From positions 5,270,001 to 5,334,000 of the forward strand of contig OZ059896.1 in assembly GCA_964057225.1 (NCBI GenBank): a DNA stretch of 64,000 nucleotides. Direction: 5' to 3'. Positions 52,201 through 64,000 of the stretch are shown in pieces. A program made the position numbers and the translations under genes. The DNA is from Auanema rhodensis (lineage: Eukaryota > Animalia > Nematoda). Under the pieces are notes generated by a model that saw only the letters and a program-made list of their open reading frames with translations, had not been told where the DNA came from and ran no database searches. How positions within the stretch are numbered: position 1 is the stretch's first letter; each line of letters starts with the position of its first letter.

Positions 52201-55200
52201 GTTTTTAGATTCCTTTTTTCAAGACAAAGACGATGGACAATGTTATTCAACGAAAAAATTAATTCTTCACGGTGAAAATCGAGGATATAAGTGTGAACCT
52301 ATATCAGTTGATATCTCGGTGCATTTTCAAGCTAGCGCAAATCTGATAACACAGATCGACGCAGCTTAAAAATCCGCATCGAATGCACTATACTACATGG
52401 AGAAACGCTCAATACAAAAATTAGTTATGATCGTTTGAAAAATGATGCATTAGTGTATGTTGAGTTTCCATGTACACTCAACAATGCTTCCAAAAACATT
52501 TTGACAAAAATTTTCCCGAAAAATTTCAAAATAATTTCACAAAAAGTAGATGTTTTTAGATTCCTTTTTTTAAGACAAAGACGATGGACATTGTTATTCA
52601 ACAAAAAAATTAATTCTTCACGGTGAAAATCGAGGATATAAGTGTGAACCTATATCAGTTGATATCTCGGTGCATTTTCAAGCTAGCGCAAATCTGATAA
52701 CACAGATCGACGCAGCTTAAAAATCCGCATCGAATGCACTATACTACATTAAGAAAAGCTTAATACAAAAATTAGTTATGATCGTTTGAAAAATGATGCA
52801 TTAGTGTATGTTGAGTTTCCATGTACACTCAACATTGCTTCCAAAAACATTTTGACAAAAATTTTCCCGAAAAATTTCAAAATAATTTCACAAAAAGTAG
52901 ATGTTTTTAGATTCCTTTTTTCAAGACAAAGACGATGGACATTGTTATTCAACAAAAAAATTAATTCTTCAGGGTGAAAATCGAGGATATAAGTGTGAAC
53001 CTATATCAGTTGATATCTCGGTGCATTTTCAAGCTAGCGCAAATCTGATAACACAGATCGACGCAGCTTAAAAATCCGCATCGAATGCACTATACTACAT
53101 GGAGAAACGCTCAATACAAAAATTAGTTATGATCGTTTGAAAAATGATGCATTAGTGTATGTTGAGTTTCCATGTACACTCAACAATGCTTCCAAAAACA
53201 TTTTGACAAAAATTTTCCCGAAAAATTTCAAAATAATTTCACAAAAAGTAGATGTTTTTAGATTCCTTTTTTCAAGACAAAGACGATGGACAATGTTATT
53301 CAACGAAAAAATTAATTCTTCACGGTGAAAATCGAGGATATAAGTGTGAACCTATATCAGTTGATATCTCGGTGCATTTTCAAGCTAGCGCAAATCTGAT
53401 AACACAGATCGACGCAGCTTAAAAATCCGCATCGAATGCACTATACTACATGGAGAAACGCTCAATACAAAAATTAGTTATGATCGTTTGAAAAATGATG
53501 CATTAGTGTATGTTGAGTTTCCATGTACACTCAACAATGCTTCCAAAAACATTTTGACAAAAATTTTCCCGAAAAATTTCAAAATAATTTCACAAAAAGT
53601 AGATGTTTTTAGATTTCTTTTTTTAAGACAAAGACGATGGACATTGTTATTCAACAAAAAAATTAATTCTTCACGGTGAAAATCGAGGATATAAGTGTGA
53701 ACCTATATCAGTTGATATCTCGGTGCATTTTCAAGCTAGCGCAAATCTGATAACACAGATCGACGCAGCTTAAAAATCCGCATCGAATGCACTATACTAC
53801 ATTAAGAAAAGCTTGATACAAAAATTAGTTATGATCGTTTGAAAAATGATGCATTAGTGTATGTTGAGTTTCCATGTACACTCAACATTGCTTCCAAAAA
53901 CATTTTGACAAAAATTTTCCCGAAAAATTTCAAAATAATTTCACAAAAAGTAGATGTTTTTAGATTTCTTTTTTCAAGACAAAGACGATGGACATTGTTA
54001 TTCAACAAAAAAATTAATTCTTCAGGGTGAAAATCGAGGATATAAGTGTGAACTTATATCAGTTGATATCTCGGTGCATTTTTAAGCTAGCGCAAATCTG
54101 ATAACACAGATCGACGCAGCTTAAAAATCCACATCGAATGCACTATACTACATTGGAAAACACTCAATACAAACATTAGTTATGATCGTTTGAAAAATGA
54201 TGCATTAGTGTATGTTGAGTTTCCATGTACACTCAACATTGCTTCCAAAAACATTTTGACAAAAATTTTCCCGAAAAATTTCAAAATAATTTCACAAAAA
54301 GTAGATGTTTTTAGATTCCTTTTTTCAAGACAAAGACGATGGACATTGTTATTCAACAAAAAAATTAATTCTTCAGGGTGAAAATCGAGGATATAAGTGT
54401 GAACCTATATCAGTTGATATCTCGGTGCATTTTCAAGCTAGCGCAAATCTGATAACACAGATCGACGCAGCTTAAAAATCCGCATCGAATGCACTATACT
54501 ACATGGAGAAACGCTCAATACAAAAATTAGTTATGATCGTTTGAAAAATGATGCATTAGTGTATGTTGAGTTTCCATGTACACTCAACAATGCTTCCAAA
54601 AACATTTTGACAAAAATTTTCCCGAAAAATTTCAAAATAATTTCACAAAAAGTAGATGTTTTTAGATTCCTTTTTTCAAGACAAAGACGATGGACAATGT
54701 TATTCAACGAAAAAATTAATTCTTCACGGTGAAAATCGAGGATATAAGTGTGAACCTATATCAGTTGATATCTCGGTGCATTTTCAAGCTAGCGCAAATC
54801 TGATAACACAGATCGACGCAGCTTAAAAATCCGCATCGAATGCACTATACTACATGGAGAAACGCTCAATACAAAAATTAGTTATGATCGTTTGAAAAAT
54901 GATGCATTAGTGTATGTTGAGTTTCCATGTACACTCAACAATGCTTCCAAAAACATTTTGACAAAAATTTTCCCGAAAAATTTCAAAATAATTTCACAAA
55001 AAGTAGATGTTTTTAGATTCCTTTTTTTAAGACAAAGACGATGGACATTGTTATTCAACAAAAAAATTAATTCTTCACGGTGAAAATCGAGGATATAAGT
55101 GTGAACCTATATCAGTTGATATCTCGGTGCATTTTCAAGCTAGCGCAAATCTGATAACACAGATCGACGCAGCTTAAAAATCCGCATCGAATGCACTATA

Positions 55201-58200
55201 CTACATTAAGAAAAGCTTAATACAAAAATTAGTTATGATCGTTTGAAAAATGATGCATTAGTGTATGTTGAGTTTCCATGTACACTCAACATTGCTTCCA
55301 AAAACATTTTGACAAAAATTTTCCCGAAAAATTTCAAAATAATTTCACAAAAAGTAGATGTTTTTAGATTCCTTTTTTCAAGACAAAGACGATGGACATT
55401 GTTATTCAACAAAAAAATTAATTCTTCAGGGTGAAAATCGAGGATATAAGTGTGAACCTATATCAGTTGATATCTCGGTGCATTTTCAAGCTAGCGCAAA
55501 TCTGATAACACAGATCGACGCAGCTTAAAAATCCGCATCGAATGCACTATACTACATGGAGAAACGCTCAATACAAAAATTAGTTATGATCGTTTGAAAA
55601 ATGATGCATTAGTGTATGTTGAGTTTCCATGTACACTCAACAATGCTTCCAAAAACATTTTGACAAAAATTTTCCCGAAAAATTTCAAAATAATTTCACA
55701 AAAAGTAGATGTTTTTAGATTCCTTTTTTCAAGACAAAGACGATGGACAATGTTATTCAACGAAAAAATTAATTCTTCACGGTGAAAATCGAGGATATAA
55801 GTGTGAACCTATATCAGTTGATATCTCGGTGCATTTTCAAGCTAGCGCAAATCTGATAACACAGATCGACGCAGCTTAAAAATCCGCATCGAATGCACTA
55901 TACTACATGGAGAAACGCTCAATACAAAAATTAGTTATGATCGTTTGAAAAATGATGCATTAGTGTATGTTGAGTTTCCATGTACACTCAACAATGCTTC
56001 CAAAAACATTTTGACAAAAATTTTCCCGAAAAATTTCAAAATAATTTCACAAAAAGTAGATGTTTTTAGATTTCTTTTTTTAAGACAAAGACGATGGACA
56101 TTGTTATTCAACAAAAAAATTAATTCTTCACGGTGAAAATCGAGGATATAAGTGTGAACCTATATCAGTTGATATCTCGGTGCATTTTCAAGCTAGCGCA
56201 AATCTGATAACACAGATCGACGCAGCTTAAAAATCCGCATCGAATGCACTATACTACATTAAGAAAAGCTTAATACAAAAATTAGTTATGATCGTTTGAA
56301 AAATGATGCATTAGTGTATGTTGAGTTTCCATGTACACTCAACATTGCTTCCAAAAACATTTTGACAAAAATTTTCCCGAAAAATTTCAAAATAATTTCA
56401 CAAAAAGTAGATGTTTTTAGATTCCTTTTTTCAAGACAAAGACGATGGACATTGTTATTCAACAAAAAAATTAATTCTTCAGGGTGAAAATCGAGGATAT
56501 AAGTGTGAACTTATATCAGTTGATATCTCGGTGCATTTTCAAGCTAGCGCAAATCTGATAACACAGATCGACGCAGCTTAAAAATCCGCATCGAATGCAT
56601 TATACTACATTAAGAAAAGCTTAATACAAAAATTAGTTATGATCGTTTGAAAAATGATGCATTAGTGTATGTTGAGTTTCCATGTACACTCAACATTGCT
56701 TCCAAAAACATTTTGACAAAAATTTTCCCGAAAAATTTCAAAATAATTTCACAAAAAGTAGATGTTTTTAGATTCCTTTTTTCAAGACAAAGACGATGGA
56801 CATTGTTATTCAACAAAAAAATTAATTCTTCAGGGTGAAAATCGAGGATATAAGTGTGAACCTATATCAGTTGATATCTCGGTGCATTTTCAAGCTAGCG
56901 CAAATCTGATAACACAGATCGACGCAGCTTAAAAATCCGCATCGAATGCACTATACTACATGGAGAAACGCTCAATACAAAAATTAGTTATGATCGTTTG
57001 AAAAATGATGCATTAGTGTATGTTGAGTTTCCATGTACACTCAACATTGCTTCCAAAAACATTTTGACAAAAATTTTCCCGAAAAATTTCAAAATAATTT
57101 CACAAAAAGTAGATGTTTTTAGATTCCTTTTTTCAAGACAAAGACGATGGACATTGTTATTCAACAAAAAAATTAATTCTTCAGGGTGAAAATCGAGGAT
57201 ATAAGTGTGAACTTATATCAGTTGCTATCTCGGTGCATTTTTAAGCTAGCGCAAATCTGATAACACAGATCGACGCAGCTTAAAAATCCGCATCGAATGC
57301 ACTATACTACATTAAGAAAAGCTTAATACAAAAATTAGTTATGATCGTTTGAAAAATGATGCATTAGTGTATGTTGAGTTTCCATGTACACTCAACATTG
57401 CTTCCAAAAACATTTTGACAAAAATTTTCCCGAAAAATTTCAAAATAATTTCACAAAAAGTAGATGTTTTTAGATTCCTTTTTTCAAGACAAAGACGATG
57501 GACATTGTTATTCAACAAAAAAATTAATTCTTCAGGGTGAAAATCGAGGATATAAGTGTGAACCTATATCAGTTGATATCTCGGTGCATTATCAAGCTAG
57601 CGCAAATCTGATAACACAGATCGACGCAGCTTAAAAATCCGCATCGAATGCACTGTACTACATGGAGAAACGCTCAATACAAAAATTAGTTATGATCGTT
57701 TGAAAAATGATGCATTAGTGTATGTTGAGTTTCCATGTACACTCAACAATGCTTCCAAAAACATTTTGACAAAAATTTTCCCGAAAAATTTCAAAATAAT
57801 TTCACAAAAAGTAGATGTTTTTAGATTCCTTTTTTCAAGACAAAGACGATGGACATTGTTATTCAACAAAAAAATTAATTCTTCAGGGTGAAAATCGAGG
57901 ATATAAGTGTGAACTTATATCAGTTGATATCTCGGTGCATTTTTAAGCTAGCGCAAATCTGATAACACAGATCGACGCAGCTTAAAAATCCGCATCGAAT
58001 GCACTATACTACATGGAGAAACGCTCAATACAAAAATTAGTTATGATCGTTTGAAAAATGATGCATTAGTGTATGTTGAGTTTCCATGTACACTCAACAT
58101 TGCTTCCAAAAACATTTTGACAAAAATTTTCCCGAAAAATTTCAAAATAATTTCACAAAAAGTAGATGTTTTTAGATTCCTTTTTTCAAGACAAAGACGA

Positions 58201-61200
58201 TGGACATTGTTATTCAACAAAAAAATTAATTCTTCAGGGTGAAAATCGAGGATATAAGTGTGAACTTATATCAGTTGCTATCTCGGTGCATTTTTAAGCT
58301 AGCGCAAATCTGATAACACAGATCGACGCAGCTTAAAAATCCGCATCGAATGCACTATACTACATTAAGAAAAGCTTAATACAAAAATTAGTTATGATCG
58401 TTTGAAAAATGATGCATTAGTGTATGTTGAGTTTCCATGTACACTCAACATTGCTTCCAAAAACATTTTGACAAAAATTTTCCCGAAAAATTTCAAAATA
58501 ATTTCACAAAAAGTAGATGTTTTTAGATTCCTTTTTTCAAGACAAAGACGATGGACATTGTTATTCAACAAAAAAATTAATTCTTCAGGGTGAAAATCGA
58601 GGATATAAGTGTGAACCTATATCAGTTGATATCTCGGTGCATTATCAAGCTAGCGCAAATCTGATAACACAGATCGACGCAGCTTAAAAATCCGCATCGA
58701 ATGCACTATACTACATGGAGAAACGCTCAATACAAAAATTAGTTATGATCGTTTGAAAAATGATGCATTAGTGTATGTTGAGTTTCCATGTACACTCAAC
58801 AATGCTTCCAAAAACATTTTGACAAAAATTTTCCCGAAAAATTTCAAAATAATTTCACAAAAAGTAGATGTTTTTAGATTCCTTTTTTCAAGACAAAGAC
58901 GATGGACAATGTTATTCAACGAAAAAATTAATTCTTCACGGTGAAAATCGAGGATATAAGTGTGAACCTATATCAGTTGATATCTCGGTGCATTTTCAAG
59001 CTAGCGCAAATCTGATAACACAGATCGACGCAGCTTAAAAATCCACATCGAATGCACTATACTACATTGGGAAACACTCAATACAAAAATTAGTTATGAT
59101 CGTTTGAAAAATGATGCATTAGTGTATGTTGAGTTTCCATGTACACTCAACAATGCTTCCAAAAACATTTTGACAAAAATTTTCCCGAAAAATTTCAAAA
59201 TAATTTCACAAAAAGTAGATGTTTTTAGATTCCTTTTTTCAAGTCAAAGACGATGGACATTGTTATTCAACAAAAAAATTAATTCTTCACGGTGAAAATC
59301 GAGGATATAAGTGTGAACCTATATCAGTTGATATCTCGGTGCATTTTCAAGCTAGCGCAAATCTGATAACACAGATCGACGCAGCTTAAAAATCCGCATC
59401 GAATGCACTATACTACATTAAGAAAAGCTTAATACAAAAATTAGTTATGATCGTTTGAAAAATGATGCATTAGTGTATGTTGAGTTTCCATGTACACTCA
59501 ACATTGCTTCCAAAAACATTTTGACAAAAATTTTCCCGAAAAATTTCAAAATAATTTCACAAAAAGTAGATGTTTTTAGATTCCTTTTTTCAAGACAAAG
59601 ACGATGGACATTGTTATTCAACAAAAAAATTAATTCTTCACGGTGAAAATCGAGGATATAAGTGTGAACCTATATCAGTTGATATCTCGGTGCATTTTCA
59701 AGCTAGCGCAAATCTGATAACACAGATCGACGCAGCTTAAAAATCCGCATCGAATGCACTATACTACATTAAGAAAAGCTTAATACAAAAATTAGTTATG
59801 ATCGTTTGAAAAATGATGCATTAGTGTATGTTGAGTTTCCATGTACACTCAACATTGCTTCCAAAAACATTTTGACAAAAATTTTCCCGAAAAATTTCAA
59901 AATAATTTCACAAAAAGTAGATGTTTTTAGATTCCTTTTTTCAAGACAAAGACGATGGACATTGTTATTCAACAAAAAAATTAATTCTTCAGGGTGAAAA
60001 TCGAGGATATAAGTGTGAACTTATATCAGTTGATATCTCGGTGCATTTTTAAGCTAGCGCAAATCTGATGACACAGATCGACGCAGCTTAAAAATCCGCA
60101 TCGAATGCACTATACTACATTAAGAAAAGCTTAATACAAAAATTAGTTATGATCGTTTGAAAAATGATGCATTAGTGTATGTTGAGTTTCCATGTACACT
60201 CAACATTGCTTCCAAAAACATTTTGACAAAAATTTTCCCGAAAAATTTCAAAATAATTTCACAAAAAGTAGATGTTTTTAGATTCCTTATTTCAAGACAA
60301 AGACGATGGACATTGTTATTCAACAAAAAAATTAATTCTTCAGGGTGAAAATCGAGGATATAAGTGTGAACTTATATCAGTTGATATCTCGGTGCATTTT
60401 TAAGCTAGCGCAAATCTGATAACACAGATCGACGCAGCTTAAAAATCCGCATCGAATGCACTATACTACATGGAGAAACGCTCAATACAAAAATTAGTTA
60501 TGATCGTTTGAAAAATGATGCATTAGTGTATGTTGAGTTTCCATGTACACTCAACATTGCTTCCAAAAACATTTTGACAAAAATTTTCCCGAAAAATTTC
60601 AAAATAATTTCACAAAAAGTAGATGTTTTTAGATTCCTTTTTTCAAGACAAAGACGATGGACATTGTTATTCAACAAAAAAATTAATTCTTCAGGGTGAA
60701 AATCGAGGATATAAGTGTGAACTTATATCAGTTGCTATCTCGGTGCATTTTTAAGCTAGCGCAAATCTGATAACACAGATCGACGCAGCTTAAAAATCCG
60801 CATCGAATGCACTATACTACATTAAGAAAAGCTTAATACAAAAATTAGTTATGATCGTTTGAAAAATGATGCATTAGTGTATGTTGAGTTTCCATGTACA
60901 CTCAACATTGCTTCCAAAAACATTTTGACAAAAATTTTCCCGAAAAATTTCAAAATAATTTCACAAAAAGTAGATGTTTTTAGATTCCTTTTTTCAAGAC
61001 AAAGACGATGGACATTGTTATTCAACAAAAAAATTAATTCTTCAGGGTGAAAATCGAGGATATAAGTGTGAACCTATATCAGTTGATATCTCGGTGCATT
61101 ATCAAGCTAGCGCAAATCTGATAACACAGATCGACGCAGCTTAAAAATCCGCATCGAATGCACTATACTACATGGAGAAACGCTCAATACAAAAATTAGT

Positions 61201-64000
61201 TATGATCGTTTGAAAAATGATGCATTAGTGTATGTTGAGTTTCCATGTACACTCAACAATGCTTCCAAAAACATTTTGACAAAAATTTTCCCGAAAAATT
61301 TCAAAATAATTTCACAAAAAGTAGATGTTTTTAGATTCCTTTTTTCAAGACAAAGACGATGGACAATGTTATTCAACGAAAAAATTAATTCTTCACGGTG
61401 AAAATCGAGGATATAAGTGTGAACCTATATCAGTTGATATCTCGGTGCATTTTCAAGCTAGCGCAAATCTGATAACACAGATCGACGCAGCTTAAAAATC
61501 CACATCGAATGCACTATACTACATTGGGAAACACTCAATACAAAAATTAGTTATGATCGTTTGAAAAATGATGCATTAGTGTATGTTGAGTTTCCATGTA
61601 CACTCAACAATGCTTCCAAAAACATTTTGACAAAAATTTTCCCGAAAAATTTCAAAATAATTTCACAAAAAGTAGATGTTTTTAGATTCCTTTTTTCAAG
61701 ACAAAGACGATGGACATTGTTATTCAACAAAAAAATTAATTCTTCACGGTGAAAATCGAGGATATAAGTGTGAACCTATATCAGTTGATATCTCGGTGCA
61801 TTTTCAAGCTAGCGCAAATCTGATAACACAGATCGACGCAGCTTAAAAATCCGCATCGAATGCACTATACTACATTAAGAAAAGCTTAATACAAAAATTA
61901 GTTATGATCGTTTGAAAAATGATGCATTAGTGTATGTTGAGTTTCCATGTACACTCAACATTGCTTCCAAAAACATTTTGACAAAAATTTTCCCGAAAAA
62001 TTTCAAAATAATTTCACAAAAAGTAGATGTTTTTAGATTCCTTTTTTCAAGACAAAGACGATGGACATTGTTATTCAACAAAAAAATTAATTCTTCACGG
62101 TGAAAATCGAGGATATAAGTGTGAACCTATATCAGTTGATATCTCGGTGCATTTTCAAGCTAGCGCAAATCTGATAACACAGATCGACGCAGCTTAAAAA
62201 TCCGCATCGAATGCACTATACTACATTAAGAAAAGCTTAATACAAAAATTAGTTATGATCGTTTGAAAAATGATGCATTAGTGTATGTTGAGTTTCCATG
62301 TACACTCAACATTGCTTCCAAAAACATTTTGACAAAAATTTTCCCGAAAAATTTCAAAATAATTTCACAAAAAGTAGATGTTTTTAGATTCCTTTTTTCA
62401 AGACAAAGACGATGGACATTGTTATTCAACAAAAAAATTAATTCTTCAGGGTGAAAATCGAGGATATAAGTGTGAACTTATATCAGTTGCTATCTCGGTG
62501 CATTTTTAAGCTAGCGCAAATCTGATAACACAGATCGACGCAGCTTAAAAATCCGCATCGAATGCACTATACTACATTAAGAAAAGCTTAATACAAAAAT
62601 TAGTTATGATCGTTTGAAAAATGATGCATTAGTGTATGTTGAGTTTCCATGTACACTCAACATTGCTTCCAAAAACATTTTGACAAAAATTTTCCCGAAA
62701 AATTTCAAAATAATTTCACAAAAAGTAGATGTTTTTAGATTCCTTTTTTCAAGACAAAGACGATGGACATTGTTATTCAACAAAAAAATTAATTCTTCAG
62801 GGTGAAAATCGAGGATATAAGTGTGAACCTATATCAGTTGATATCTCGGTGCATTATCAAGCTAGCGCAAATCTGATAACACAGATCGACGCAGCTTAAA
62901 AATCCGCATCGAATGCACTATACTACATGGAGAAACGCTCAATACAAAAATTAGTTATGATCGTTTGAAAAATGATGCATTAGTGTATGTTGAGTTTCCA
63001 TGTACACTCAACAATGCTTCCAAAAACATTTTGACAAAAATTTTCCCGAAAAATTTCAAAATAATTTCACAAAAAGTAGATGTTTTTAGATTCCTTTTTT
63101 CAAGACAAAGACGATGGACAATGTTATTCAACGAAAAAATTAATTCTTCACGGTGAAAATCGAGGATATAAGTGTGAACCTATATCAGTTGATATCTCGG
63201 TGCATTTTCAAGCTAGCGCAAATCTGATAACACAGATCGACGCAGCTTAAAAATCCACATCGAATGCACTATACTACATTGGGAAACACTCAATACAAAA
63301 ATTAGTTATGATCGTTTGAAAAATGATGCATTAGTGTATGTTGAGTTTCCATGTACACTCAACAATGCTTCCAAAAACATTTTGACAAAAATTTTCCCGA
63401 AAAATTTCAAAATAATTTCACAAAAAGTAGATGTTTTTAGATTCCTTTTTTCAAGACAAAGACGATGGACATTGTTATTCAACAAAAAAATTAATTCTTC
63501 ACGGTGAAAATCGAGGATATAAGTGTGAACCTATATCAGTTGATATCTCGGTGCATTTTCAAGCTAGCGCAAATCTGATAACACAGATCGACGCAGCTTA
63601 AAAATCCGCATCGAATGCACTATACTACATTAAGAAAAGCTTAATACAAAAATTAGTTATGATCGTTTGAAAAATGATGCATTAGTGTATGTTGAGTTTC
63701 CATGTACACTCAACATTGCTTCCAAAAACATTTTGACAAAAATTTTCCCGAAAAATTTCAAAATAATTTCACAAAAAGTAGATGTTTTTAGATTCCTTTT
63801 TTCAAGACAAAGACGATGGACATTGTTATTCAACAAAAAAATTAATTCTTCACGGTGAAAATCGAGGATATAAGTGTGAACCTATATCAGTTGATATCTC
63901 GGTGCATTTTCAAGCTAGCGCAAATCTGATAACACAGATCGACGCAGCTTAAAAATCCGCATCGAATGCACTATACTACATTAAGAAAAGCTTAATACAA
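4258..64000 (+). repeat. 351-bp tandem satellite array, ~170 head-to-tail monomers; continues past the right edge
   Basis: AAATCTGATAACACAGATCG occurs at 4258, 4609, 4960 and onward. ORF-track starts are spaced 351 bp apart (350 or 352 where one A-tract has 6 or 8 A). Monomers differ at only a handful of recurrent sites. The regular spacing leaves no room for an insertion or inversion. Confidence 0.99.
26306..39768 (+). repeat. Tandem duplication of a 19-monomer block (6669 bp) within the 351-bp array
   Basis: Rare variants recur exactly 6669 bp apart: GGAGAATCGC (26431/33100), AGCTTGAAAA (28851/35520 and 30957/37626), and ORF-track variants at 27163/33832, 29971/36640 and 32077/38746. Boundaries are approximate, set by the nearest discordant sites (26305 vs 32974; 33100 vs 39769). 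Confidence 0.92.

Noticed and set aside
4354-63858. ~167 copies of a 63-aa ORF (MKNDALVYVEF...)
   Set aside because: The ORF starts at TTG, has no recognisable domain, is K/N/F/I-rich as expected from AT-rich DNA, and tolerates frameshifting A-tract variants (6, 7 or 8 A) and mostly non-synonymous changes. It is an artefact of the satellite monomer.
4258-64000. CRISPR array or tandem 5S/tRNA/snRNA/spliced-leader gene array
   Set aside because: There are no unique spacers or cas genes, and I recognise no 5S, tRNA, U snRNA or spliced-leader sequence in the monomer. An Rfam scan would be needed to exclude a divergent RNA gene.
1-64000. Species assignment and a firm centromere call
   Set aside because: Monomer lengths and stem-loop type are only suggestive. 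A database search and CENP-A data are required.

Overview
AT-rich eukaryotic (metazoan) heterochromatin-like window with no intact protein-coding gene. Positions 1-3168 are a 183-bp tandem satellite (~17 copies, two subtypes) that ends in a fold-back inversion (3171-3407). Positions 3408-4257 are an ~850-bp non-satellite island. On the minus strand it holds wreckage of a replication-dependent histone gene cluster: a histone 3' stem-loop (4215-4230), a spacer, a TATA/CCAAT promoter, and an H4 gene broken after 11 codons (3778-3745). A perfect 24-bp inverted repeat brackets this piece. From 4258 to the window end lies a very homogeneous 351-bp satellite (~170 copies) with nested local higher-order repeats, including a 19-mer (6669 bp) duplication. 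The repeated 63-aa ORFs in the track are artefacts of the monomer. The two most interesting observations are (1) the 351-bp monomer is a chain of hairpins whose common variants include compensatory base-pair changes, and (2) two apparently unrelated satellites are joined through a rearranged histone-cluster fragment. I cannot assign the species or demonstrate centromere function from sequence alone.
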